A DNA stretch of 64,000 nucleotides from Priapulus caudatus (Eukaryota): assembly GCF_000485595.1 (NCBI RefSeq), contig NW_014577072.1:878381-942380 (forward strand), given 5' to 3'. Below are positions 12,176 through 28,009 of the stretch, piece after piece. Position 1 is the stretch's first letter. Each line of letters starts with the position of its first letter. Below the pieces are notes generated by a model that saw nothing but the letters and a program-made list of their open reading frames with translations, did no database searches and was not told the DNA's origin. The position numbers and the translations under genes were made by a program.

Positions 12176-15100
12176 GGTGCGCATGCGCCGCTTTTGCCAA
12201 CGAAGCGTTTTGCATATATACGTGTCAACAATACGTGTTGTGTGCAATGCCACGAGCAGGCGACCTGTGTAGCACCAGCTAGACACGCACACACGCAATG
12301 CCTTACTACAGAGCGTATATGGACGTGAATTTATTCATTGTCAAGATGAGACGTTTTAACGTCTATATTGACATACGCGATAACACGACAACGTCTTAGA
12401 AGTGGTTAAAAGAATTCTCTTGTATGCGGTACTTGAGATCTCCTCTCTCGCGCCATGTGCTCGCGGTGCCTTTTATCTGCGGGTGGCCTGCAGATGCCGT
12501 GCATAGAAAGCCCACAAACAATGACAGTCAGTATGCTATGATTTTGTGCAGTGAAAAGAGACAATTCGGCGACTTCTAACTGATCAATACACGATAAGGC
12601 TAGGTAATGTGCGAAATTCTAAATTTAAAATTGTCCCTATTGATCTTCGGTCCGCCTAGATCTAGGATGCTAATTTTAGCTCTGCAATTTTAGGCAATAT
12701 TCATAGTTACAATGCATTTTCACAGTTCGGTCCGGTGCATTGGTTTCGTCATGATGCCGTAGAGATGCCTTCAGGATGAAGAAATCGCATCACGACACTC
12801 TTAGATACGAATGCAGATATAAAATTGTTTTCGTAATCTTTTATTTTCGTGTATATACGTTTTGTGCCGCTGTTATATAGCCCGAACGTGTGCGCTCATG
12901 CGCGTGTGTGGGCATGTGCGTGGACGTGTGCGTGTGTGAGAGTGTGTGCGCGTGTGTGTGTGTGCGTGTGCGTGTGTGTGTGCGTGTGTGTGTGTGCGTG
13001 TGCGTGTGCGTGTGCGTGTGCGTGTGCGTGCGTGTGCGTGTGCGTGTGCGTGTGTGGGAGTGGGGTGGTACGTGTGTGAGTCCGTTAATTCGTGTGTCTG
13101 CGTAATTTGGCATTGATATTCAAAAGCGCGAGCGCTTGTGTGTTCAGCTATCATCACCGACTAGTTCTTCCTGTCTTGTACCACCGACCGTTCGTTCTCC
13201 GATTTCGTTCTATTGATATAATTGATAGAACGCGAGATTTCCACAGGAATGGCGCACGTGGTGGCTGTCGCTTAGCCTTTCCCTAGCCTAGTAAATACGC
13301 ACTTAAAACAAATGTAAGAAGAATCGTACAAAACTCGGTCATGTAATAGCTCTTCAAGTAACATCTTGGAGCGATAACGGCTCTTCGTCTATATAGGCGG
13401 GTTCATCAGGTCTGTGCGTGGTCTTGGCCGATTAAACCCGAAAACGCCCGAACTACGCACGCAAACTAGCAGACACATTCTCGGATTCTATACGAATGTT
13501 CCCGGCCTCATCTGACAAGATTGAGACGTGCATCCCAACAAACAAATTTCTTCAATTGTCGTTCCCACAGTATTATATATATATATATATAACAACGAAA
13601 AGCGCGACGTGTTATACTTTTACATAGTATATCTGCATCGTCGGTAGATCCGTCACGAATTTATAAACATGGTTATAGATATCTTACATCGCTTGGCACA
13701 TCGAGCTGCTATCACACGGATGGACGCTACGCCAATGTGCAATCAGACGAGCGCTGAATACCTGGACTGATCGCATCGTAGCATGAAATCGCTCATTTGT
13801 CGTTCTATACGCGTTCCATACAGCACCGTAACAAACAAGCGGGTTTTCCCCTAGCTATCAGAATGGTATTGAATTTACGATTACAACTCGACATCGTCGT
13901 GGAAAATACTGATTTATGGCTAATACTATTTAGGGAATGCTGTTTTGTAAATCATATTTCACCACGGGCTATTTTTGGCGAGTCAATGCAGTTATTGTAA
14001 TAATTCGAATATTCACAGTTAATGTAGAGAACATATATAATAACGGGCGCGGGTTACTGGGGGCTATATCAAACAAAACAGTAATGAGTTATCAGCTAGC
14101 AGCTATTAGTTATCAGACTAATCAGGTTATCAATCAGTGTCAGGATCGACTTCTCCTCTGATGAAACACCGAGTTCTCATCCGAAAAACAAACGTTAGGC
14201 TGCCTAGCGCTATGCGTTTTTAACAAGAGCCGTGCCTATACATTCGTGTAAACTATTGCAAAATTACGTGCCTGTATACATTATGCGATTTTATTACAGA
14301 TATATTGGCTATAGGCAAAATATATCAGCTAGTAAAATTACCAATAGGTAGTCTATGTTCTAGCATGCTCTACATATAGAAAGTCTAACTATTACTCATC
14401 TTTAGTGTTTTTTGCAATTTTAACATTATACCCACTTACTAGATAATGATACACATCTAATATTCGCTTACCTACGTTATTCTATGTATAAATTCAATGA
14501 ATCCGGTTTTACTAACATAATATTATTGGCATATAATAACAGTAATCATAACCATATCAAAAATCATAAGCATAACCATTACTCCAACCTAACCCTTAAT
14601 CCCAAACCTTACCTTAATACCAAGCGTAATCCTAAGCCTAGCCCCAACACATAACCTCAAATCTACTTCTGACTTTAGCATTGACTGTAAATATAACTAT
14701 ATAATTATATATATATATGATATAATAGCGAAATGCGCATTTCTTTTATAAATGCTCACGTCAGCCGCGTTTTCCATTTTCCAGCATTGCTGTTCATGTT
14801 AACTGCTGCTCATCTTAATCCTAACGGACATCATTAGCCGTGCGGGGCAGCAGCGAACGACGCGACGGCGTGCATGCCTCTATTACAGCGCGCCAGGAAT
14901 CCCCACACCGCACAGAATCACAGTCCAGGGTGACTGCCGCACAGTGTAGGTAGCACGGTAGTGACACGGTAGCGGCGCGTAACTGAATCTCGTTAATAAA
15001 TACACAGTTGATGCGCCGTTATGTGCCTCTGTGGCGTGCAGCTGCGGCCCAGGCTGGTGTCTTTACCGGGCGCTGAGATGCTGGTTATGTCACAACTAGA

Positions 15101-15465
15101 TGATGCGTCACGCGTGCAATGTACGCGTGTGATTAGCGTGTGCATTTTAGGCCCGTTTGAATCGCCCTAAAAACTCATTAGGAGTAACGCGCCGCTAGTC
15201 GTATACCAGTGCACCGCTCGACTCAACGAAGTCGCGTTAAAACAGCAGTAAGACAGCCGCTTTATCGGTAGTTTGGACAGCGGAAGCGCAATCTCGGCCT
15301 CTCGCATGCGCCGCCGTGAGACGGGACATTTTCTTCCCTCCATCCTTCCATCTGCCCACCACTTGCGAGTCACATTATCGCCTGACTGGCGACTTTTCAT
15401 CGCGAGAAACGCGTGCGCTCCCGACAGAGATGCGCCTTTGTGTACGCTGACGAACACGCGCGCGA

Positions 15466-15540
15466 TGACGTATTGCGTGATACGTCACGGAATGAGCAGA
15501 CGACGAGCGCGACAGCGTCCGCCCCGCGCAATCTATAAAA
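15466..15540 (+). promoter_or_regulatory. Core promoter of the neuropeptide precursor gene: inverted CRE-like pair, GC box and TATA box
   Basis: TGACGTAT-tgcgtg-ATACGTCA perfect inverted pair at 15466-15487, CCGCCC at ~15519-15524 and TATAAAA at 15534-15540. This lies about 260 bp upstream of a signal-peptide-coding ATG at 15803. Confidence 0.7.
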
Positions 15541-15802
15541 CAGCGGCCGAGCCGCGATGGCAACAGCACCCACCCGACGGATGCGAAGAAGACACGTATA
15601 GCTCACACAGGCGCGCCTCAGCCTACAGCGCTAAGTAGACCAGCGACATCATATAGACAAACTCACGTAGACAAACATTGGCTTGTGAGACGGTAGCACT
15701 TCCACATTTGCAAAGATACTAAAGTGGTTGAGGACGACGCTAAAAGCGAAAGCACTCTGATATCTTCCGGAGAGTCCACGTCCGGAGATCTCACGACCTG
15801 AC

Positions 15803-15862
15803 ATGATGCTACAACTATACGGAAGGCTGATGCTAGTGGCTCTGACCGCCCTGGCATTACAG
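15803..15862 (+). CDS. Nplp1: Coding exon 1 (signal peptide) of NPLP1-like neuropeptide precursor
   Basis: Reads MMLQLYGRLMLVALTALALQ (basic n-region plus hydrophobic core) and ends CAG|GTACCG, a phase-0 donor. It joins in frame to the phase-0 acceptor at 39543, giving ...ALALQ-MSDA|QDTP with a plausible signal cleavage site. Too short for the ORF track. Confidence 0.78.
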
Positions 15863-16039
15863 GTACCGTTAAGATTCTTAACCATTTCTGTATAGAAAAC
15901 GCCAGCGTTCTCGTATATGTCATGCGGCATGGCCAGCGTGTTTGTAACGCGTAAATATGAAGCAGTTTATACAGTATATTGCTAATTGCTTGTTGCAAAC
16001 ATTCTCCGGGGTATTTACGAAGAATGTACTATATATATA

Positions 16040-16117
<78 letters not shown>

Positions 16118-18361
16118 AATATTGTCATTCGTTTAATAAAATACATGTTTGCGTATATGTATAAATAGATAATTGTTATAATTATGCGTATAATGACGCC
16201 ACACGATACTGATTGAATGGCAATTCTGTTATATTATTTATCATTTTTCGCACGGACTCACTCCATCAAGCTTTTAACATCATCGGTAAATGTAACCTTT
16301 CCGTATTAAGAAATTAATAAAGATGAAATGAAAAATGTGGAATTTTAATATGCTAAGTAGCGCTAATTGTACGTAATTTTCGCTGACGATCATTGTGTAA
16401 AATGATCGACATCACATGAATTTGAAGTTTAATATCCATTAAACGCCGGGACAGCGGCAGAACAGTAGCGCATCATGTGCGTGTATTTCCAAGAGAGTTA
16501 CAAAGCGCGATTTGAAAGAGAAAACAGGGGAACAAACGAAAGTAACTGGTATAAAGACGCCGCCTCCACGGAAATAGTTCGAGATCATAGTTCAAACAAC
16601 AGCAACTTTTAACGCCGTTTCTCAGTTGTTCAGTTTTTGCAGAATTTACTATATAAACACTGTCAGCGTTTTTGCAGAAAAAACAAGGAGCGATTACATT
16701 ACCTTGCCGACCTCTTGTATTCAACTCGCTTTCGGCGTTAAGAAAATAAATTCTCTCTTCGCGCGAATCGGCATGATTAACTATAGAGCCCTGCAAGTGG
16801 GTTTTGACCTTAATCAGCGCGGGCTGCACATGGCGCGTGACTTAAGTTAACCCATTACTATATACACGTCCCGAGGTACTATCCGAGCTTGATAAGATGA
16901 AGCCCGAGGTGAAGATACGGTGACGGCAAGGATAGATTGAGTTCTCACTGAGGCGGCCACTGCTTTGAGGGAACGTTAACTCGCGCAGATCTGCGTGGCA
17001 TTACTAGAGGCGTGCTGTGGCAACAGCACTATACGACCGTTTCACGGGCGTCCGCGTGCTTGTGCTTGTGTGCGCGTGAGTGTACGCGAGAGATATGCGT
17101 GTGCGTGCATGCGTGGGTACGTGCGTGCGTGCGCGCGTGCGTGCGCGTGTATGTGTGCTTGCGTGCGCGTGTTTGAATGGGTTAGAGACTACGCGCGTAT
17201 TCGTGTACGTGAACGTCTTGCGCGCGTGGGCGTAGATAGAGGTAGGCGGCGTTCTTTCGCGCTAGTAGCTTTAAGTGCAGTTTACTGCTTTCAGTGCTAG
17301 CGCGTACTTGTGCGTATGCGTGTACGTAGGCGAACATATCATGCGTGAATAAATTGTTGCACATTACCTACTGTAATCTATTATACTGTAAGCTACTCTT
17401 TTGTAACACGTTTCATTCTATAGACGTCGATGCAGAAACCGCTGACGCGCACGCGAGCACGAGTATTGTCGACAACAATGCACCTTTTCGCCTTGTCTTA
17501 TCGCAATAGGCTGTTTAACTGGGAGCGCGCCCGATATTATATTAAGAATGGAGCTGTTTATCGTTGCAAAGAGGCGTTGCGCTGTGACGTAGGAGAGAGT
17601 CTATCATGTAGTTGCTGTGATACTAAATAGCGAGCTTCACACGCATTCATTATGATGATCCGACGCAATCGCATCCGCGATATAATCTGTTAAGGTTATC
17701 GTCTTTCCGTGACGCGTGCTCGAGCTTTTTTATCCACTTATATCGCATTCAGCGCTGCTAATTTACACATATCTATGCAAACATCTATCGCGCTATTATT
17801 CCGCACCGAAAGGGCGAAAGTCTGGGAACAAACGCGCCGAGAAAACTGCGACTTACTATATGCGCAAGATTTTCTTGAACAGCGCTTCTTTCACATTTCG
17901 AAAACAGCTAGAATTTCATTATCGGTTGCGTGTGAATTATACTTTAGTATTGTGCTAGTCGGGCTGCTCAACGGAGAGCTATCGTCTTGTTCTTTCTGTA
18001 GTTAGGCTCTTTAAATATTGTTAACGCCGTATGGATTTCTATTGCCCTCCAATCGATTTTACCAACAGGCTAGGGGTCCGATTGCATAATGAATCAGGTC
18101 CTAAGTCATCAAGCGTTTTAATCAAAGTCGTAAGTCGGAGTGCGTGCGGTCATATTTGCCATGCACGAATCGAACATTCTCGACACAGATCTTAAACGCG
18201 CGCGATGCTGTGGTTAGTAACGCAAGACGGCCGGCAGGCGGCGCGTCTGTCTGCGATTGCTCTTCGCATTAGCTTATATATAGAGGAACAGCGTCCTCTC
18301 AAGACAAGAGCGCATCTTACTGCGGGTAGTCTTACTCGAGCGGCCGACAGAACCATCATCA

Positions 18362-18430
<69 letters not shown>

Positions 18431-20522
18431 TTAAAACCATAAAATCACTTGTAATGTAAAAAAAAACGGCAGATACAAAAATATCCGGATTGTTTAAGAA
18501 ATAATGCGTCGAGCGTCCTCCAGAGGTTTGTTGCCCATACAAATTATCGCTGCGTCCAACGCCTGCATACGGCCATATATACTAATCGAGTCACTCTATA
18601 TAACGCTTACATAAAATATTACGACTGTTGGCCCGCTTGGGACTGTTTACGCTTCATAAGTGATCTACATATACGGACATTGAATGAATAGGCAGCATCA
18701 CTAACTAAACTGACTGAACTGAGTGCCCGCATGCTGAATAGACTAACTTGACCCACAATAAACATAACAATGTATGAGTGCGTGTGTGCGTGCAAGCGGC
18801 GAGCGTGCGTGCGTGCGTACGTCCGCGTAAACCAAACATCTGTACAATCTTAGTTGTATACATAAAGCAGGTGGCATACTTTGTAGGCGTTCACAGAGAA
18901 GCTGATCATGGGCAAGTAATCGGTGCGCTGGTGATGTGATACTGGCGACGTTTTGTGTCGATAATAAATATTGGGCTTACCGCATTAAGGGATCGACATG
19001 GAGATACTTAACGTTTCTCGGCAATATTCGAGCGTAAGTGAAATTGAGCGTAACCTAACGCATTATAGAGCAGGCGTGCAGCACGCTTCATCGCACTTGC
19101 ATTATTGTATAAAGTTGTCAAATCATTTCTCAGGGGCTGCCATATAACAGGCTAAAAATATTAATGTTAATAATTCAGCCAGACGTTGTTTTATGAAATT
19201 ACAATTCCCCGCTTTGAATTGCCATTACAAGACACACTACATGTGCTGCTTAGTCATATATTCTTTCTGAATGTTTCGATAAAAGCGTTTACGTGAAGTC
19301 TCTCAGGACAAATGGCTACTTTACAGTGTATTTTTTGACGCGGGAAAATACGTAATTACGAATGTGTTTCACGTATGCTTATACCGAACCGCCATAGCTA
19401 GCTATCAATACGGAGCGAACCATCCAGTTCTGCTGAACGCTGGTTATAGTTTTTGATAAAAAACAACTTCAAATCGAAATCAACATGTTTTATTTCAGAA
19501 ATAGAAAAACAAAGATTTAGTATACTAATACGCCGTGGATCTATTACTTTATGTAGCGGCGACTGGCTGCTTTGTGTTACCGCATGCCACCCGAAAGAAC
19601 TGTGAACAACGCCGCTTTGCCGTTAGTGCCCTCTGGCGACCAACTAATGGTTGTCACTAATGACGCTGGCGAACTGTTGTCGGTGAACCTGGTCAGGAAC
19701 TCAGGATACGGGAAAGCACTGGGCCAGTCTTTCATACTCCCGGCTGCTCCCGGCGTTACGGCAAGTGCGTTAATTACGGCACGCGTAATTGATAGTTAGC
19801 GACGCTGCACGCGTATAGACGCGGCCGGATACGGAAGTGCCACGGCTCAGATAAGGACCGCGGCGACACAAATAGCGAACACTCTTAATCAACTTACCCT
19901 TGAGAATCACTTTGGTGAATTCCCTATGTGTGCGTGCGTGTTTGTGCGTGCGTGTGTGTTTGTGCGTGCGTGTGTGTGCGTGTTTGAGTGTGTGTGCGCG
20001 CGCGTGTGTGTGTGTGTGTGTTGTGTGTCTATGTGTGTGTATGTGTGTGTGTGTGCGTGCGTGATGGTGTGTGTGCGGTGTGTGTGTGTGTGTGTGTGTG
20101 TGGTGGTGTGTGTGCGTGCATGCGTGTGTGGTGTCGTGCTGCGGCCGTGTGTTGTGTGTCATGATTGACCTCGGTGTGGTGTATAACTGGCTGCTCCCGT
20201 CACCCTGCACCTCCAGTCTCAGCATCCGCGCTGTCGTGCGCCGCGCGTGTTGTGTGTGGTGTGTGTGTGTGTGGTGTGGTGTATTGTGTGTGTGTTTTTG
20301 TGTGCTGTATGTCGTCGTGTGCGTGCGTGCATGCGTGTGTGTGTGTGTGTGTGTGTGTGTCGTGTGTTATGTTGTGTGGTGTGTGTTGGTTTGCTGTCGT
20401 TCGAGTTGTGTGGTGTGTTGCTGTGGGGAACCCGACACCAGGGGTGTGCGTGTGTGTGTGTGGTGTGTATGCGCACGCCGCGTGCTGTATCGTGTTGTGT
20501 GTGGTGTGTGTGATGTGTGGTT

Positions 20523-20553
<31 letters not shown>

Positions 20554-21465
20554 TGTGTGCTGTGTATGTGTGCGCTGTTGAGCGTGCATTGGGTGCATAC
20601 GTGGTGTGCCTGTGGGCGCTGTGGAGTGCGTGTTACTACGAATCGATAAAATCGATCTTAACGTGAACGGTTGCGCCCTATATTTCGGCTAGAAAATACG
20701 ATATATGGCAAAAGGTGAAGCAAACAGCGTGGCCGAGGATGGTGGTTGTCGCTATCGCGCGCCACAGAGATTGCTCCATAGTTCGTTATACTAAGCGCCG
20801 TAGGCCGTCGTTTCTGATTGTGAGACGGCGCCACCGTCACTGCGAATCGCGCGATGACTGTGCATAATGGCGAACGCGGACGAAACACGAAAAGGCTATC
20901 TAAAGCGCATATCAACTGCGTCATCTACTTACACGAATAGTGACTTCTTTAATCGTCAATTGCCCCAGCACCCCAGTGCAGTTCAATATCCGTGTATGCT
21001 ATTTATGGTCCTCTATAATGTTTGCATTTGAAACAGCTGGGCTTGTCAGCAATTGCACATGCTTTAATGATTATTTACCTTTATTAGAAACTAATTTATG
21101 GCTAGAGAACACTTCAAGTATTTTGAGTATAATTTATACTCGTAATTGAGACATATTGTCACGAGTGTTTGTGCTGGGATATTGTTCGCAACTTGAATTG
21201 CCGGTCACTTCGAAGAAATGCAAAATGGAATAGATTTTGAAAATACTTACAACTTTGTAATACTAAATAATGATTACGCAAATTTTAGCTGTTACTAATA
21301 TTGTCGGACCACCATATTTGTTTCGCTTTTCTTTCCGGTGTAGATTGTTCGTTCTTCATGTGAAATAACTTATGCGTTCGCCATTTGATATCGATCACTT
21401 TACATTTAGAGACAACTATCAAAATGACACCTTACGTTCCGCCACTCAGCTCGCGGACTCATGTT

Positions 21466-21591
<126 letters not shown>

Positions 21592-24460
21592 GCGCGCTTG
21601 CTCGCTTGCTCGCTCTTTTCGTCTTCTCTAGCTCTATATATTTCACTCTCACTCTATCGCTTTCTGACTCGCTCTCTCTCTCTATCTCTCTCTCACACAC
21701 ACACTCACTCTCGCTTCTTTGTGTGTGTGTGTCTCTCTCTCTCCCTTGTTGTCAACACATTACCAGCCACGTTACTGATTGCACCACATGAATGTTACTT
21801 ACCTAAGTAATGTCGTGCATTATAACATCCGGGACCGCGAGCCTAGCACGAGAGGAACGCGAATGTCAAAAATACCTGTCTCCACTTGCGTGGCTTCTAA
21901 TGAAGTGGAATGCAATTAAACACCAACCTGCATGGGCTGACAGATATATGGGCTCAGCTATATCTCTGAGATGGGTATTTGTGAGGGTTTTTGTGCGTTT
22001 GAGAGGGAATCTACTTTCGTCACGTATTCTTTCGTGGTCGGAATGGGATATGCATTCGAACAATGCATGCAACGCGAAAACGCGCGCAAATCTTAGCTCA
22101 CAATATTTTTATATTTTTATACAACACGCCAGCTCTGACGAATTTTCAAAGAGCGACTTTAAGGGTGACTTAAAATATACAAATCTTATCGAAAAACAGA
22201 TTATTTAAAATAAACACAATCATGGCGTCAGTCGTGTGACGTATTGCGAGAGCTTGAGGCTTTGCGTATTGGATGATCGATGTCGCATAATGTATAATAG
22301 CGAGCGAAACAACCCATGCTGCTATGCGAAGCTTAAACGATTATTTTCCGTTCCAACGGCATTCTATAGATATAACGTAGAAACCGCGTCATCATGAAAC
22401 GCTCCGTCAGTGTGTGAAATGAAATGGACATTGGAATTCGTCGGTACATTGTACGTAATCGCCTTTAGATAGTATACTTGAATGTGACCTCTCCATTCGC
22501 TCTCAGCCGTCGGTGCTGACGTATGCAAAAGGCTATGCGGCGCGTGCTTAAGTGATGAGGATGCGTGCTGTGCACACATTCGAGCGATGCACTGAAGTAG
22601 AAACGTCTTATCGCTGCTCACTCACGCAGTCATCATGCGAACCGCTGCGATGGCGCTATGTACATCCCTAACGCGAACATGCAGTGCCCGAGGAACAACC
22701 GCCTATAATCTCAACTGTGTACAGGCTCTCACACAATGCCGCGCTTGGCGATTCATATATTTTAACGGCTAATTTTGTTTCCATAGATTTAGACGCTTTA
22801 TGCATTTGCAAATGATGCTATCGCGTCACTCTTTGCCATTAGTAAGATGGCGTTCGTTAGACGTATGTTGTGGAAGCCATTCTTGTAGTACTCCGGCCAT
22901 CGTGTATCAATGTTTATCCTATTTTGATAATTTATCCGTAAATTATTTATGATATATATGTACCAGCCGTTATACAAGTTATATACGTATTCTATATATG
23001 TAAAATCATTAACTTATGGCACCTAGAACATTTATTGAACTTCATATTTCGGTCCTTTTTGAACGTGTCCAATGCATCTTCTTTCCTGCATCCCGTAGCC
23101 GTGCTGTTTTGTAATTTTGCATGAGTGTACATTTATGAGTCGATCGTGCGCATATAGTCAGCTAACGACTTATTAGCAGTCTGAAGGAATACAATCCGAT
23201 CGCGTTATCACGCACAATTCCAATACGTCCGTACGAGTCTATTAGCGAAAAAAATGTGATAAGCTGCTCAATAACCTACACGATCCACCACTTATTCAAT
23301 TTGTGCGAGGAGAGATGATTGATGTACGGATATTGATGACGCAGGACGTGTAGATTACGCCGCGAGTAGAGACAACACGGGCACAATGCCTGCGCCCGCC
23401 GCTGTTTGCCCCTCCAACGCAATTGAACACCGCGTGCCATTAAAATAATGAAGTTAATGGATGAATGATTCATTAGCGCCTTCTCCCGTCGTGCGGTGAA
23501 CTGAATAAAACTCGTGTGAACGACGACACCCTACGCGAGACAGCCGCGACACACACACGTCACAACGTATAAGCGACTGGGTGTGCCAGTGTGAAATGTC
23601 ATTAGAGAACGACAGGAGGCTGGACACGGTCGAGGGGAGAATCTCGGAGGTAAGATGTCACGAAGCTGTGGTCATAGACAGACGATGAAGTTCCGATAAA
23701 CATTCTGCGAGGCACTGTCTAATATCGACCATTGCCTTCGCGTCCGTGCCAATCTTCAGCGCTTCCTATATCAAACATCTCCATCAGCCGCCGGGCACTC
23801 CCGTAATATGCCGTAGACAGAGGAGCGCAATAAATGTCACCGACGCCAGCAGCGGCCGCCGCGCGACGCCGCTACTTGACGAGTAATGACCAGCCGTTTG
23901 TCGCACGACTTTGCGACGCATCGTGAGATGATGGCAGCCTGAACTAATGAGGACCCTGATGCACGCCAGCGTCCACGCAGCGGGCATTACGGCCACTATC
24001 GACTCCTCGCGTCCCCGCCGATTTCCCGATGACCAAGCGATAGTTATGGCGGGCTCGCGGCGGCAAACACGCAAAGGGCTTAGTAAATATCATCGGCAGT
24101 CGTTGTTGGAGACGCGTCGAAGGGCTACGTGCTAATTCATCAGTATCTAGCGGAGGTTGAAACGCGCCGACGAGAGTGAATTATTTCTGCTGCCGCCTAG
24201 AGTGCGATAGGGCGGCATTTTGTTGTAACATAAATGCCGCTGTTCGACATGTGCTATTATAGTTCTGGGGAATCCGCATTTGCTATTCCAAGCGCGCAGG
24301 ATATATCAAACAGTCATACACCTGGCATGCGTGTGCGCGCGCCTGTGCATGCGTACGTGTGCGTGCGTGTGTAACTATGCGTGTGCATGTGTGTGCGTAA
24401 TAGCGTTCGTGCGTGTGTCACTGTGTGTGTGTGTGTGTGTGTGTGTGCGTGCGTACGTGT

Positions 24461-24521
<61 letters not shown>

Positions 24522-24891
24522 TGTGTAGTGTGTGTGTGTGTGGTGTGTGTGATGTGTGTGGTGTTGTGTGTGTGTGTGTGTGGTGTGTCGAGTGAATTGC
24601 GTTGTTTGCATTAACATTCAACTTCAATTGTCGCAGAACGCCGTACCATCAGGCCAGACACGGTTTGTAGAACTAATGGTATAACCACCGCCTGCGCGTT
24701 TATACGTGAGCCTGTCGTATAGTTTACATGCGGGTAATGTCAGGCCGACTCGTCCAGCTCAATGACACCGAGGTTGCCGATTCACTATTAACTGGCCAAC
24801 CTTCCAGCAGAAGCACCTGTTCCATTCTCATTATTCCAATGACTTCAAACTACGTGATGAACCATGCACATATGCGGCAGATGTTGTGTGT

Positions 24892-24929
<38 letters not shown>

Positions 24930-25154
24930 CCGTGGCGTGCGTGCCGTGGCGTGGGTGTGTGTGGTGTGTGCTGTGTGTGTGTGTGTGTGTGTGTGAGTGT
25001 GTGTGTGTGTGTGGGTTGTGTGTGCGTGTGTGGTGTGGGTGTGGTGTGGGGTGTGTGGTTGTGGCGTGCGTGCGGTGCGTGCGTGCGTGCGTGCTTGCGT
25101 GCGTGCGGCTGGCGTGCTGTGGTGTGTGTGTGGTGTGTGTGTGTGTGTGTGTGT

Positions 25155-25217
<63 letters not shown>

Positions 25218-28009
25218 CGTTACGCGTGAACTATTAGCGCCTGCTAATGCACGGCTAGGTAATTGCCTACCGTAGTTACTCACCGCGGGTTAGCATGTCT
25301 AGCTGTCGCAAGCAGTGACTTTCGGCACAGAGTAGCGTGAATTGGCGACATGGCCACGATAGAATGCACCTGTGATCGTCACGATGCATCTTATTAGTCG
25401 CTTTAATTTTAAATTAAACTCGAATTTTTGCGCACGCCTGCACGCATATTTCGCTGCCTTATCTCGCGGTAAAAAGAGTAGCAACAATTTCCTATAGCGA
25501 TAATGCGTAGTAAACCTACTTGAAACGCAACCTACAAGCAGCGTTTACGTCATGCAATTTTTTTAATTAGTTTGTATGATGTAACACGTGATTAGCCTGT
25601 CATTAGCAAATTCGTTTGACTTTTCTTGCGAAATTAAATTTCGAATATGATCAATAAACAGAAAGCTGGCATCTCATCGTATTCACTTGAAGGCTCTATA
25701 GGATATCTGCTGTTGTGTTTGTTCATGGACAGTCCTTGCAAAATTAGCATTAACCTACTGTAATGCATTATTTTTGGTACAGAGTTACGCGCACGCGCAC
25801 AACGAAACATTTTAACGCGCCAGCAAACTGTTGACAACGTGCTATACAAATGCAATGCTAGTATAAAGCCATCTTATCTCATTGCTGTGCGTTACCACAT
25901 TGTTACGTACTGGCATATGGTCATTGGTTACGTCTGATAATAATGTACGTCTAAACAATATAAATAATGTACTAGGCAGTGTATTTAGTAAATTCTTATA
26001 TTGTTACACATTGACATATTGTTACGTGTTGAGATAATAGTAGGACATGCCGACACATTGTTACGTATTGCTGCATTATTACTTTATTTGTATACGGTTG
26101 ATAAGTGTTCGTGTTCGCGTGCTGCTGTTATTGCATTGTTTGTCAATCTATAGCAAATGGCGTTTACATAGAAGCAACCAAGTTTTCCTCTCTGATAGAT
26201 CGTCGCTCGGCGACTTCCACTCTGAATAGCCGTGACACGTGCTGTTGACACATGCATTCACCAACGAACCATGGAAAAGTAGTTTCGCGTATTCAAAACG
26301 CAATGTCGCCCACCGAAACCAACTATAGGAGTCACCCACGAAATATTCTTGTCTATTTGCATTGAGCCATGTAAAAATTCCTGCTCGGTGTCTCAATGCA
26401 TGAAACGAAATAGAACTGCGTAGAACAGTAAAGTGTGGGCGACGGATGAATGTGCTCGCGTGTTATTGATGCTTGGTGCGTGATGGCAGTCATATATGAT
26501 ACAATTGCCGCTCATATAATACAAACATGGTTAAAATGGCTATTATAGTTTCTGCTTTTCCGATGTCTGGGTTTTTCATACTAAGGTAACTTGGGCATCA
26601 TATCTTTCAGCCCCACTTTCACGGACAAAATTGCTTCGTAATTACAAAATGGCAAGGTGTAACAGTGGAATAACCACATTTGCACTTCCTCGAAATGCAC
26701 ATGGCAGTGCAGAAAAGTTCAGAAATGTTTTAATGCACATCTTACAGCCATGTAATGACGTCATTCCACTGCGTATTAAATAGAAATGGTTTGAAAGAAG
26801 AACGCAATCAACCATTACACCACTCATCCCGCTTTCAAGATTATTCAAGGTAAAAGAGTGTATATGTGCCACAAATAGATTACGGAAATCAATATAAATA
26901 GAAAATAGATATAAATTTGCTTTAAAAAATTGTTCGTATATTGCCCGTGCGTTCTACAACTGTCATGTCGTAATATGGCGCAAGGTCATTTTTCCATGCA
27001 GCAGATCAGCGATAGTAAAAAAAATTCCAGCACGTAATTTTGATGAGTACACAATGTTTTCATGCAGAATCTGTCTGAGAAATGTTCATAAAATTATTAT
27101 TTATCTTTATCGCAATCAAGCATATTACTGTGCGAGATCGGTATGAAATAATACCAGATTTAACTGAAATTAAATCCAAAAGTTACGCCAGCCTTGCCAT
27201 TGTAACTTGTGTGTATACGTTCGTATATCTCCCATACGAGAGCCTGTGCAAACTCGATTTTCTACTGCCGAATAGTATTTTACATAATTCTAAGTTAATA
27301 GCGAGATGCTCGTATTATTTTGGTTCTCTGCACGCAAATACAGCCGTGATTCTCCTACGGATAGAGCAATTTGCATGATAGATCTAAAATGTTATGACAA
27401 GACGTGGCGTGGCTAAAAACAAACCAATTTCAAGTAAAATATTTACACTTCAGCTCCGTATGAGTACATAATAAATGGCGCAGATTCGAGAAAGAGTTTT
27501 ATTAGCATGTCGCCGAGCAATAGCGTATAATAACCAGACGACGCCTACATTGGAGCTATCGATTTCAAAGCCTATGACGTAGTTTCACGTTGCCGAACAA
27601 CAAGAACCTGTCTAAACAGCAGCGGGATGATTCCTTGGGATGTGTGTTCAATCGATCTGTGAGTGTCTGTTCTCGTTTGCTAATGCGTTTCTCGCTAACG
27701 AGATGACCATCTGTCCACCTGTAATTGTTATTGAACACGGATGCATGACCAAACCGTCGGATCTAAACGCAAAGGCGCCCGTATCCCGTATCCCGTATCC
27801 CAAATCCCAAATCCCCGTATAGGCTTCAGCCACTAACCCTCCAGTAACGAACAATCTTAACTTAGGTACGAGCCGAGTTTAAACTGGTTAAATACGATGC
27901 AGTCGTCAATTTAGGTCGTCAAGTCCACAGGCAAACCTTCGAATGAATCCGCTATTCTCATTCATTTGTTTGACTATATCGTGTAAGTTTAGTATAGTAT
28001 AGCATAGCG

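Noticed and set aside
26642..26872. ORF with CKMCIKTFL, faintly like a transposase fragment
   Set aside because: Too short and no further motifs or element ends identifiable without a search.
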